Positions 18,886 to 28,987 of a DNA stretch of 64,000 nt are shown piece by piece. The notes beneath the pieces are model-generated. The model did not search any database and was not told the DNA's origin. It saw only the letters and a program-made list of their open reading frames with translations. The translations under genes were made by a program, and so were the position numbers. This stretch comes from a bacterium (GTDB lineage: Bacteria; Patescibacteriota; Microgenomatia; Curtissbacterales; GWA2-41-24), in assembly GCA_021813945.1 (NCBI GenBank), contig JAKAJD010000003.1:109193-173192 (forward strand). The letters run 5' to 3'. Position 1 is the stretch's first letter, and each line of letters starts with the position of its first letter.

Positions 18886-19455
18886 TTATGGGTTACAGAC
18901 ATAATAAAAACCTGCCCCAAGAGCAGCTGTGATTCCACAAGCTGCACCAGAGGTTCCCTGCACTAATGGAGATCCATTATCTCCTGATGGGTCGTTGGTA
19001 TTTTCCAAGGTTGCCCTCAGGTAGAATGTTGTATAACTGTCTGGTTTTCCACTCCCATCATCAGGACAGGCTGTTGCTCTGGAAAGTGTTGTGGCGCTGT
19101 AATAGTAAGTATTTGGGCTGGACTGGGTTGGGTCTTGTGGTGCACTTTTTAGGTATTTTAAGGTTGCAAGATATGATGAGATACTGGTGTATTGAACGTT
19201 CCCATTTATTGCTGATCGAAGTGGATAACCTCCTCCCGTGCAGTCGTTGCTGATAAGCACAAGGGCTTTTTTGACGGCATCCAGGTCGGCTTTTCTTCGG
19301 GCGTCACGGCTTTTCATTTGGGCAGAGGTAAAAGAGGCGACGATGAAGGCGGCGAGAATACCTATTATAGAGATAACTACAAGGAGCTCAATGAGGGTAA
19401 AGCCTGGTTTCCAATTTTTAATTTGTAATTTGTAATTTGTAATTTGGCAGGTCAT
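18886..19455 (-). CDS. type IV pilin with an extended 18-aa leader
   Basis: ATG at 19455 gives MTCQITNYKLQIKNWKPG^FTLIELLVVISIIGILAAF. The track start at 19482 is a TTG. Confidence 0.75.
   Translation of the reverse strand: MTCQITNYKLQIKNWKPGFTLIELLVVISIIGILAAFIVASFTSAQMKSRDARRKADLDAVKKALVLISNDCTGGGYPLRSAINGNVQYTSISSYLATLKYLKSAPQDPTQSSPNTYYYSATTLSRATACPDDGSGKPDSYTTFYLRATLENTNDPSGDNGSPLVQGTSGAACGITAALGAGFYYVCNP
19413..19447. repeat. heptanucleotide tandem repeat (AATTTGT)x3 plus degenerate flanking copies, inside the pilin leader coding region
   Basis: aatttttaatttgtaatttgtaatttgtaatttgg. On the minus strand this encodes ITNYKLQIKNW. Confidence 0.8.
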
Positions 19456-19475
19456 ACTCTTCAGCGTAAAGGGTG

Positions 19476-19504
19476 TTGACAATAGAAGTCAAGGAAGTTA
19501 GAAT
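19476..19504 (+). promoter_or_regulatory. sigma70-like promoter TTGACA-17-TAGAAT upstream of the 16S rRNA
   Basis: TTGACA at 19476-19481, a 17-nt spacer, then TAGAAT at 19499-19504. The same architecture recurs at 54805. Confidence 0.4.
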
Positions 19505-19723
19505 TCTTTTCGCTGCATTATATATATGGTAATGTAGTTGCGGCCTGGAAAGCCGTAGGAAAACTTGAAAACGGACCTAAAACTAGAATCTGTTTCAAGC
19601 TTCTAGTTTTTTTTCGCTCTTTTACATTCCGTAATAGACAACACTAACCATGATTAAGAATTTTAATTCTTGAAAGTGGTACCCAAATTAGTAATTTCCT
19701 AAGAGTTTAAGGTGAAAATTTTT

Positions 19724-21216
<1,493 letters not shown>

Positions 21217-21364
21217 AAGGAGAATTTTTACTCAAACTTCGGTTCGGGTAACATGAATTTTCTTGCCTCACGGCAAGAAGTGCGACGCCGAGTCGTAAAA
21301 CAGGGGCTTTCTTGTTTGCCTTAAAACAAGACTCTAGGATTTTACGGGTGCCACTTTCAAGGGT

Positions 21365-21955
21365 TTAACTTCTCCAGTTATCGGTGATAACTGCATCTAT
21401 GCCAATTTTTTCTAATCTTTTTATTTCGTCCCCGTCATTTACCGTCCAAGCCCATATTTGGGATTTTGGATGTGTGGATTTAAGTCGCCTTATCAAATCT
21501 TTGTCAATTAGACTACTTTTAACAGAAAATCCCGCAGGTTTATATAATAAGGAAGAGATTTTCCAAAAATAATTGATGCTTTTGTTGTTTATAAATCCGT
21601 AGTAGATTTCGGCGTTAGTTTCCTGGGCGATTTTTGAAGAAGCTTTAAGGTCGATACTTGTCAGTATTAGGTTTTTGATCTTTGCTGACCCAACCAGGTT
21701 CGCGAATTTTCTCCCGAAATCAGGAGAATATTTGACTGCTTTTAAATCGAGTACCAGTTTTTCTTTAAATTGGCTGTTTAAAATTTCGAGCAGGTTTTTG
21801 CCGATTCCGAATTTGCCCTTTATGGCATCATGCTGGATTAGAAAATTTCCGGTAAACATGTTTTGGGAAATATCGATTTCCAGCAAATCGCAACCGTAGT
21901 CAATTGCCTTTTGGGCTTCGTCTAGATTTTGGACCGCATGGGCTATTTTTTGCAC
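21365..21955 (-). CDS. glycerophosphodiester phosphodiesterase family protein
   Basis: The C-terminal WAWTVNDGDEIKRLEKIGIDAVITDN matches the GDPD C-terminal motif. The N-terminal region is divergent. Confidence 0.55.
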   Translation of the reverse strand: MQKIAHAVQNLDEAQKAIDYGCDLLEIDISQNMFTGNFLIQHDAIKGKFGIGKNLLEILNSQFKEKLVLDLKAVKYSPDFGRKFANLVGSAKIKNLILTSIDLKASSKIAQETNAEIYYGFINNKSINYFWKISSLLYKPAGFSVKSSLIDKDLIRRLKSTHPKSQIWAWTVNDGDEIKRLEKIGIDAVITDNWRS

Positions 21956-22023
21956 AAGTTGATGATAACAAATTTACTAAAAGGCTATATTTTGCTAGAA
22001 TTTGATCGGAAAGAGAAGGTGAA

Positions 22024-22143
22024 ATGGTGGAACGGTTTGGCCAGGAAAAAGAAAATACGTTTTTGAGTAAGTTTAAAAAAGCGGCGCTTATAACAATTGC
22101 TGCTGTTGTTGGGATTGGAGTTGTGATTGCGGCTGTAAAGTAA
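22024..22143 (+). CDS. possible 40-aa single-pass membrane peptide (below the track threshold)
   Basis: SD AAGGTGA lies 6 nt upstream of the ATG. Encodes MVERFGQEKENTFLSKFKKAALITIAAVVGIGVVIAAVK. Confidence 0.25.
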   Translation: MVERFGQEKENTFLSKFKKAALITIAAVVGIGVVIAAVK

Positions 22144-22146
22144 TTT

Positions 22147-22218
22147 GGCCTGGTAGCCAAGTGGTAAGGCAAGGATCTGCAAAATCCTTATACGTCGGTT
22201 CGATTCCGATCCAGGCCT
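22147..22218 (+). tRNA. tRNA-Cys (GCA)
   Basis: Cloverleaf with acceptor GGCCTGG/CCAGGCC and anticodon loop CTGCAAA. Confidence 0.85.
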
Positions 22219-22224
22219 CAAATA

Positions 22225-22869
22225 TTAGGGGGCGGTTGTGCCCGAAAGGTTAGTGCCTGTTACTTCTTTGCAATTGGGTTTTTGACTTAATTCATTAATA
22301 TCTGCACATCTGTAGATTGCTTTGGTTGGGTCCTTTGGATCTTCAAGAAGCGTGCCAACCCAGTATGTACATCGTGTATTCGGAGGACTTGGTGTGCCCA
22401 GACAGTTGCCGCCTGCACCGCCAATCACACTTGGCTCATACTTATAGAAATATTTCTTGCTGTTTGTGGGGTCGACCGGCATGAATTTAAGGTACTTTGT
22501 TTTGACGACAAGCTCCTGATATAGATAGTCGTTTGCACTTTGGCCCCAGCCGGTTTGGACAACCCATGAGTCGGCCCCGTTGGTATAATCCGGACAAGGT
22601 TTGCCGCTATTGGGCCCTGGATTAACACTTGACCCGATGCTGGCATCGCAGCCGTTTTCTTTAGGGTAGGTACCGTATTGCTCACCATAGTCGCTTAGCG
22701 CGTTGGCGATCATGCTTATGTCTGTTTTCCTTTGTGAATCGCGGGCTTGTTTTAAGCGTTTTGCTGGGTTAAATGCTCTTAGGGTGAAAGCTGCAATGAT
22801 GCCAAGCACTGTTATAACTACAACGAGTTCAATTATTGTGAAACCGCGTCGGGCATGGTTTTTTGTCAC
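22225..22869 (-). CDS. type IV pilin / pseudopilin
   Basis: RRG^FTIIELVVVITVLGIIAAF leader, then NPAKRLKQARDSQRKTDI. Confidence 0.75.
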   Translation of the reverse strand: MTKNHARRGFTIIELVVVITVLGIIAAFTLRAFNPAKRLKQARDSQRKTDISMIANALSDYGEQYGTYPKENGCDASIGSSVNPGPNSGKPCPDYTNGADSWVVQTGWGQSANDYLYQELVVKTKYLKFMPVDPTNSKKYFYKYEPSVIGGAGGNCLGTPSPPNTRCTYWVGTLLEDPKDPTKAIYRCADINELSQKPNCKEVTGTNLSGTTAP

Positions 22870-22906
22870 AATTTAAATATACGACAATAGTTAATTTAGT
22901 GCAGCT

Positions 22907-23521
22907 TCAAAGGGAAAAATTTTGTACTTCTTTACAGCCGGTTCCGGCTGCTAAATCTTCGATATCGGAGCAGCGGAAAATTGGTTTGGTTGGGTCATCG
23001 GGATCTTCCAGCCGGCCGCCTATCCAGTAGCGGCAAGAACTATTTTGAGTGCCTGTCCCACCGCAAATCGCTTCTGCAAGACTTCTTGGCTCGTAGCGGT
23101 AATGGTAAGTAGTGTTGTTAATGGGATCAACCGGAAGTCTTTTTAGAAGCTGCTGCTGCGTTATAAGGTTGTAATATATCCAGCTTGTGAATCCTCCGTC
23201 TGCAGCACCATTGCAACCCGTCCAGCAGGCGAGAACTCTTCGCGGGGGGCAAGCACCGCCGTCGCTGGAAATGCTTGTGTCGCAAAAGGTTTCACCCGGG
23301 TAGTAACCGGTTATTGTTTGATAGGCAACTAGAGCATTGGCTATGGAGTTAATGTCTGTTTTCCTTTGGGAATCGCGTGCTTGTTTTAGACGTTTTGCGG
23401 GATTAACGGCGACAAGAACGGCCCCAGCCAGGCTAGTAAGTAGCGCAATTACTATCAAAAGTTCAATTAAAGTAAATGCCTGTTTCCTTTTTGGGCTTTT
23501 TGGTGGTTTTTTGTGTGACAC
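22907..23521 (-). CDS. type IV pilin-like protein (paralog of 22225-22869, Ala at -1)
   Basis: KQA^FTLIELLIVIALL, and NPAKRLKQARDSQRKTDI is shared. The C-terminus LEDPDDPTKPIFRCSDIEDL parallels that of its neighbour. Confidence 0.65.
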   Translation of the reverse strand: MSHKKPPKSPKRKQAFTLIELLIVIALLTSLAGAVLVAVNPAKRLKQARDSQRKTDINSIANALVAYQTITGYYPGETFCDTSISSDGGACPPRRVLACWTGCNGAADGGFTSWIYYNLITQQQLLKRLPVDPINNTTYHYRYEPRSLAEAICGGTGTQNSSCRYWIGGRLEDPDDPTKPIFRCSDIEDLAAGTGCKEVQNFSL

Positions 23522-23601
23522 TCTTCAATATACGACAATAGTTGAAGACGGGAAACAGAGTTTAATTCATTTTGTTTTTCTGGTAAGATTACCAAAGTTT
23601 T

Positions 23602-23640
23602 GGGTCTGTGGCTCAGTGGTTAGATCACCGTCCTGAGAGA
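23602..23640 (+). pseudogene. truncated tRNA 5' half (acceptor, D arm and anticodon arm only), about 75% identical to the adjacent tRNA-Ile 5' half
   Basis: gggtctgtggctcagtggttagatcaccgtcctgagaga aligns with gggcgattagttcagtggttagaacgctgtcctgataag. No T arm or 3' acceptor follows. Confidence 0.45.
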
Positions 23641-23653
23641 TTTTGAACAAATT

Positions 23654-23726
23654 GGGCGATTAGTTCAGTGGTTAGAACGCTGTCCTGATAAGACAGAGGT
23701 CAATGGTTCGATTCCATTATCGCCCA
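23654..23726 (+). tRNA. tRNA-Ile (GAU)
   Basis: Cloverleaf with anticodon loop CTGATAA and T loop TTCGATT. Confidence 0.9.
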
Positions 23727-23853
23727 CATTTTTCCCTCCTGATATTTTTTGCTTTGCAAAAGAGAGGACAGAGGTGCGTCCTTTCCATACAGATCCAAAG
23801 CGATGTAACAGATTCTTTTCCTGTTACTTTATCAATGTTAAGCTTAATGTAGA

Positions 23854-24303
23854 GTGAGGAAATTTTTTGCTGCCGCCTTCTTCTGTTTTTTGTTTTTGCT
23901 TTCAACGTCCCAAGTTAGAGCCCAGGATATTATCACCGACAAAAAGCTAATAACTGTCGATATTGGGCGCCAAATGGTTTATGCATGGGAACACGGAAAA
24001 CTAATTTTTTCTACTAAAGCTTCAACTGGTATGTACTATACGCCCACAATAAAAGGAAGCTTTACAATCTATAGAAAATATCCTTTGCAGGATATGAAAG
24101 GGAACTATCCTCCGTACGAACCATATTTTATTAAAAATGTGCCGAATGTGATGTATTTTTACCAGGCTTATGCTATTCATGGGGCATATTGGCACAATAT
24201 GTTCGGGACCAAATATACCCACGGATGTGTAAACGTTCCGGTTGCTGCTAGCCAGTGGCTTTTTAATTTCGCGGATGTTGGAACTCAGGTTGTAGTTTTC
24301 TAG
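23854..24303 (+). CDS. L,D-transpeptidase (YkuD domain) with signal peptide
   Basis: HGAYWHNMFGTKYTHGCVNV contains the catalytic His/Cys. N-terminal signal peptide. Confidence 0.8.
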   Translation: MRKFFAAAFFCFLFLLSTSQVRAQDIITDKKLITVDIGRQMVYAWEHGKLIFSTKASTGMYYTPTIKGSFTIYRKYPLQDMKGNYPPYEPYFIKNVPNVMYFYQAYAIHGAYWHNMFGTKYTHGCVNVPVAASQWLFNFADVGTQVVVF

Positions 24304-24327
24304 ACTTGCCCACTTTAAAATCGGAGG

Positions 24328-25116
24328 TTATTTTTGGTAATTTTTCCAATCCCTGTATCCTGCGCGGCCCCAGAGGTTTTTCCATTTCCACTGAAAGGCA
24401 ATGTAGTAGATATTAAGAAGTAGGAAAGTGATAAAAAATCCGATCATATAGGCCCCGAGAGGACTCAGGGTGAATCTCCAATTTTCGAATTTATCCAGAA
24501 TGAAAAGTGCCACAACACAGAAAAGTCCTGTGATTGTTTGATATGGGGCGGTGCCGTTTGTGATTTGAGCGTACCCCATAAAAAGGCCAAGGATGGCGCC
24601 TGAGACCAATATCAGCTTTGGAAGAGAATCGAGGGTTGGGCCGGTGGATAGATCAAGAATTGTCAGAAGGACACCGGAAATTATAAAGCCGGAGAAGATA
24701 ATGATGTGACTTATCGGGCCATGGAAAAGGTGGGTTGCCAAAAGCTGTTTTCGAAGTTTTTCATTTTTTCTGACTTCTTTGGGAGTTAAGGTGTCGATAA
24801 TAACGGATGTCATATAAATACCGGAACCGTAAAAAGTTATTCCCGCCGAAAGAAGAAAAAGAGCCGATATAAGATAAAGAGGCAGCGAAAAAATAACGTG
24901 CGGTTTTCTAATAATCGAAAGGAATATGAGCATAAACCCAAAGTATGCTAATGAATTGATGAAAACGTTAAAGGTTGTAAAGCGAATAACATCTTTTCTG
25001 GTGTAAGTTTTTGGGGATGCATTCCTCGACATCCTCTCGCGGAACCTTAAAAATGGTGGTGCTGCGATTGCGAAGATTGAGGAAAGCCCCACAAGCGAGA
25101 TTTCCTGAAGTGCCAT
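24328..25116 (-). CDS. hypothetical polytopic membrane protein
   Basis: 262 aa with at least 6 predicted TM helices. No recognisable motif. Confidence 0.45.
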   Translation of the reverse strand: MALQEISLVGLSSIFAIAAPPFLRFRERMSRNASPKTYTRKDVIRFTTFNVFINSLAYFGFMLIFLSIIRKPHVIFSLPLYLISALFLLSAGITFYGSGIYMTSVIIDTLTPKEVRKNEKLRKQLLATHLFHGPISHIIIFSGFIISGVLLTILDLSTGPTLDSLPKLILVSGAILGLFMGYAQITNGTAPYQTITGLFCVVALFILDKFENWRFTLSPLGAYMIGFFITFLLLNIYYIAFQWKWKNLWGRAGYRDWKNYQK

Positions 25117-25162
25117 ACAAAGTGCAGTTTAGCCGAAAGTTGGTTTGGAGGCAAGTGAAGCT

Positions 25163-27571
25163 CTAGGTCAAGAATTTTTGAAGGTCGGCGCTTGAGATTG
25201 CGTCCCCATTTTTAATTTGTTCTGTAATAACCAGTTTAGCGATGCCATCTTCGATTTTATCGGCGATTAAGCGGCGAATTGGCCGGGCGCCAAAGCTGGG
25301 GTTAAAGCCTTTTTGGGCAACAGCCGCTGCCAGCTGATCGGTAATTTCAAGTGTAATGTTTTTGGTTTCTTTTAAGCTTTGGGCAAGGTTTGTAAGCATC
25401 AATTTGGCAACCTGTGTTACTTCCTGAGGTGTTAGGGGTTTGTAAACAACTGTTGCGTCAAAGCGATTTAAAAGCTCGGGCGAAAAGAGGTTTTTGGAAA
25501 GCACAAAATTGACAACTTTTTTTGCGAGATCTGCGCTTTGCCCTTTTTGAACTTCTTCGCGAATGAATTCTGCCCCGGCGTTTGAGGTGGCAATCGTAAT
25601 TATGTTGGTGAAGGCAACTTTTCTGCCAAAAGCATCTGTTAGGTGGCCTTCGTCTATAATTTGCAGAAAAAGGTTTTGCACTTCAAGACTTGCCTTTTCG
25701 AATTCATCCAGAAGCAGGACTCCGTAGGGATTTTGGCGAATAAGTGTTGCCAACTGTCCGGGCGCTTTTGTTTCGGAATTGCCGATTAGCCGCTCCAGAG
25801 AATCGCGGCCTTGGTATTCGGTCATGTCGAGCCTGACCATTTTGCTTTCGGGGCCAAAGTAAGCTTCACAAAGAGCCTTGGCGGTTTCGGTTTTGCCTAC
25901 ACCGGTTGGACCTAGAAAGAGGAATGAGCCCATGGTTTTTCGGTTCGTTTCAATTCCGGATCGGGCTCTTCTCATGGCTTTGGAAATTTCAATAATGGCC
26001 TCGTCTTGGCCGACGATTCTTTTGTGCAAAAATCCTTCCAAATCTTTGAGCTTTTCCTTTTCTGTTTCTTTAATTTTGCCAATTGGAATTTTGGAGATTT
26101 TGGCTAAGGTATCGTCGACAAGTTCTCGGTCAACAAGTCGACTTTTGGCTTTTTCAGCTGCGGCTTGAGCGTCTTCCAGAACAATTATCGACTTTTCCGG
26201 TTGATGTCTTTCGTCAGGAATCTCACCGGATTTTTCGGCTATTTCCAAAAGGGCGGTTAGATTTGTTGCAATGCCTTTACGCTTGTAAATGTCGAGGGCT
26301 TTGCCAACCAAAATAGAGAGAGTCTCCAGTTTTGTAGGCTCTTCGATATCCAGTTTTTCAAAAAGGGAAGTCATCTCGGAATTAGGCCGGACAAATTTGC
26401 TGTAGGCTTCCGTTGTGGTGATGCCAATTATCGGCATGGAATTGTCATTCAAAACGGCATTGATGACTTCGGAAAGATCGATGTGGTTTTCCAAAGTTGA
26501 GCTGATTCTATCAATTTCATCTATTGCCAAGATGATATTTCCGGCGTGTTTGGCTTCCAAAAGAAGATCTTCAAAGTTCGCTTTTATCTCGACAACGTTG
26601 GTGCTTGATCCCAAAAGGGCAACAGTATCCAGAAGTATTAGACGTTTGTCTTTGAGTTTTGGAAGCTCGTATTTGGCAATTGCGGAGGCTAAACTTTCCA
26701 GAGTGCTATGGCGGCCAACGCCTGTTTCCCCAACCAAAAGAACGTTATTGGAACGAGGCCTGGTAAGGATAGATTCGATTTTTTCTAAAAGCTCAATTTT
26801 AACAACGTAGTGGGGAAGCGCTTTTATGGTTAGTTCTTCACCAAACTGGTCAAGCGTGTTGGTATAGCCAAATGAAAGAAACTGGCCAACCGGAGTGATC
26901 CTGGCTTTAGGAGGATTGTCCAGATAATTTTTGACGTAGTTTAAAAAAGTGGTAAAAGAAGCGGTGTCGATACTTTCTTTTTCCAGGTAGCTTTTTAAAG
27001 AGGGCAGTTTTTCGGAAAGAACAGAGAGCATCTGGGGGACGGTTTGGCTTTGGGAAATACCGAGATCTTTGGGGGATGTAATTGTTGTTAAGGTTTTTTC
27101 AAAATCGGCATCAAAAAAGCGCGAAATCGTCTGAAAATATGGCGATTTGGTGATTTTTGCAAGGAATTTGGATGTATTTTCTACTTCATCGGCATAAAAT
27201 GTGTTTTGCTTTTTTTGGGTATATTCGGCCATTGAGAAAATTGGAATGGCGTAGAAGGCAATTGATGCGAAGTCGAAAATTACAAAAAGGCCAAGGATGA
27301 TAAGGCCTGCGGCAATTAGGATTAGCCGGACAACGGCTCCGACAGCAATAGAAATTAAATCAAAGGAAATCCGATCCCAAAGAGTGGTTTTTTTGGTTAG
27401 GATCAAACGGCGGTAAGGTGTAAAAAGGTTTTTTAAAAGGTTTGTAATATTGAAAAAAGCTGCAATTTTGGCTAGATGATCCGGCCTGGTTTTTATGTAA
27501 TTGGGAAGGGCGTAGGAAAAATGGTAGGTGAAATAGTCGCGGGGAAGATAATTTGTGGCAGTATCCATCAA
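25163..27571 (-). CDS. membrane-anchored Clp/Hsp100-like AAA+ ATPase (two AAA modules, N-terminal TM region, degenerate D1 Walker A)
   Basis: D1 reads GETGVGRHS with Walker B ILAIDEID. D2 reads GPTGVGKTETAKAL. The C-terminal FSPELLNRFDATVVYKPL is ClpB-like. The N-terminal 120 aa is hydrophobic. Confidence 0.75.
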   Translation of the reverse strand: MMDTATNYLPRDYFTYHFSYALPNYIKTRPDHLAKIAAFFNITNLLKNLFTPYRRLILTKKTTLWDRISFDLISIAVGAVVRLILIAAGLIILGLFVIFDFASIAFYAIPIFSMAEYTQKKQNTFYADEVENTSKFLAKITKSPYFQTISRFFDADFEKTLTTITSPKDLGISQSQTVPQMLSVLSEKLPSLKSYLEKESIDTASFTTFLNYVKNYLDNPPKARITPVGQFLSFGYTNTLDQFGEELTIKALPHYVVKIELLEKIESILTRPRSNNVLLVGETGVGRHSTLESLASAIAKYELPKLKDKRLILLDTVALLGSSTNVVEIKANFEDLLLEAKHAGNIILAIDEIDRISSTLENHIDLSEVINAVLNDNSMPIIGITTTEAYSKFVRPNSEMTSLFEKLDIEEPTKLETLSILVGKALDIYKRKGIATNLTALLEIAEKSGEIPDERHQPEKSIIVLEDAQAAAEKAKSRLVDRELVDDTLAKISKIPIGKIKETEKEKLKDLEGFLHKRIVGQDEAIIEISKAMRRARSGIETNRKTMGSFLFLGPTGVGKTETAKALCEAYFGPESKMVRLDMTEYQGRDSLERLIGNSETKAPGQLATLIRQNPYGVLLLDEFEKASLEVQNLFLQIIDEGHLTDAFGRKVAFTNIITIATSNAGAEFIREEVQKGQSADLAKKVVNFVLSKNLFSPELLNRFDATVVYKPLTPQEVTQVAKLMLTNLAQSLKETKNITLEITDQLAAAVAQKGFNPSFGARPIRRLIADKIEDGIAKLVITEQIKNGDAISSADLQKFLT

Positions 27572-27624
27572 CTTTAAATTTAGCAGAGAATGGCATGCGT
27601 ATTCAATCGAAGTTGATTTGAGAT

Positions 27625-28965
27625 TTGATTGATGCTACATTCTGGGGCATGTTGAGAACTTACCTTGAGTGCCGGGAATGGATGGAAAGTTTTATCCCTT
27701 TGGTTTGGGGGAAAGAGGAATTGGGGTTATCGCGAATTGAAAATCTTCTCGAAAAATTAGGAAATCCAGAGAAAAAATTTAAGTCTGTCCATGTAGCGGG
27801 TACAAGTGGTAAGGGGACAACAGCTTTTTATATTTCAAGATTACTTTTAGAAAAAGGTTTTAAAACAGGCTTACATGTTTCGCCGCATTTGGTGGATATC
27901 CGGGAAAGGATAGTTGTCAACGGCGAAATAATTTCTGTCAGCCGATTCGTAGATCTTGTGAATGAGGTAAAAGCCGTTGTAGACGAAATTAAAAGCAAAC
28001 AGCCTCATTTAACTCCCAGTTATTTTGAAATTTTAGTTTCTGTTTCGTTTTTATATTTTGCCCGCGAAAAAGTCGACTATGCAGTTGTTGAAGTTGGTCT
28101 TGGCGGAAGACTGGACGCAACTAATGTTTTGTTGCCGGGAGTTTCAGTTATTACAAACATTGGTTTAGACCATACGGAAATTTTGGGTGACACGCAAGAG
28201 GCGATTGCGAAAGAAAAAGCCGGGATTATAAAAGGGCAAATTCCTGTTGTGACAGGGGCGACGGGAAAAGCATTGAAAGTTATCGAAAAAGTGGCAAAAT
28301 CGAAAAATGCCCCGTTGATCAAATTAAATACTCGAACGCTAAAAATCAGCCCAAAATCTGATGTAGTAATTGATAAAAGTATATATAAGGACATAGTGCG
28401 ATATAGTCAAAATAGGGCTGTTTTGGAATGCATGTTTTTGGCAATTTTGGCTGTTTTGCAGTTAAAAATCAGTGTTTCGGCAAGTGTTATAAAGAGTGCC
28501 TTTTTGCAAAAATTTCCTGGAAGATTTGAAGAAATTTCTGATTGGGTAATTTTAGACGGCGCTCATAATCCTGACAAAATTTTATCGCTTATAAATTTTA
28601 TCAGCAAGTCAAAAGTCAAAACTCAAAAGTCAAAAGTGTCGTTGGTGGTTGCTTTTAAAAGTGGGAAAAATTGTAAAAAAATGTTGGATTTGTTAATCAA
28701 AAAATTGCCGATTGATCAAGTGATTGCGACAGAATATCAAGCGGTTACAGATACCGGTAAAGGGTCAGCGGTGCCGGCAGAGGAAATAGCGGATTATTTG
28801 TCTGCCGACAAACGACTAAGGACTAAAGTCAAAGTTGTAAAAAACAGTCAAGAAGCAGTCTTTGAAGCATTGTCGGATAAAAAAGAAAAGGATTTAGTTT
28901 TGGTTACCGGCTCGCTTTATCTTATCGGTGAAGCAAGGACGTTGTGGTACTTGCCTGAATTTTAA
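27625..28965 (+). CDS. folC: folylpolyglutamate synthase / dihydrofolate synthase (Mur ligase family)
   Basis: VHVAGTSGKGTT, EVGLGGRLDATNV and ITNIGLDHTEILG motifs. Confidence 0.8.
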   Translation: MIDATFWGMLRTYLECREWMESFIPLVWGKEELGLSRIENLLEKLGNPEKKFKSVHVAGTSGKGTTAFYISRLLLEKGFKTGLHVSPHLVDIRERIVVNGEIISVSRFVDLVNEVKAVVDEIKSKQPHLTPSYFEILVSVSFLYFAREKVDYAVVEVGLGGRLDATNVLLPGVSVITNIGLDHTEILGDTQEAIAKEKAGIIKGQIPVVTGATGKALKVIEKVAKSKNAPLIKLNTRTLKISPKSDVVIDKSIYKDIVRYSQNRAVLECMFLAILAVLQLKISVSASVIKSAFLQKFPGRFEEISDWVILDGAHNPDKILSLINFISKSKVKTQKSKVSLVVAFKSGKNCKKMLDLLIKKLPIDQVIATEYQAVTDTGKGSAVPAEEIADYLSADKRLRTKVKVVKNSQEAVFEALSDKKEKDLVLVTGSLYLIGEARTLWYLPEF

Positions 28966-28987
28966 TTCATCCTTCATAATTAATCTG

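Noticed and set aside
19413-19447. I considered whether the AATTTGT tandem repeat is a CRISPR or minisatellite array.
   Set aside because: It has only 3-5 copies of 7 nt with no spacers and lies inside a coding leader. It is interpreted as a slippage tract instead.
21985-22221. A 78-aa minus-strand ORF overlapping tRNA-Cys.
   Set aside because: It overlaps a confident tRNA and a better-supported small plus-strand ORF with an SD. Its composition is low-complexity.
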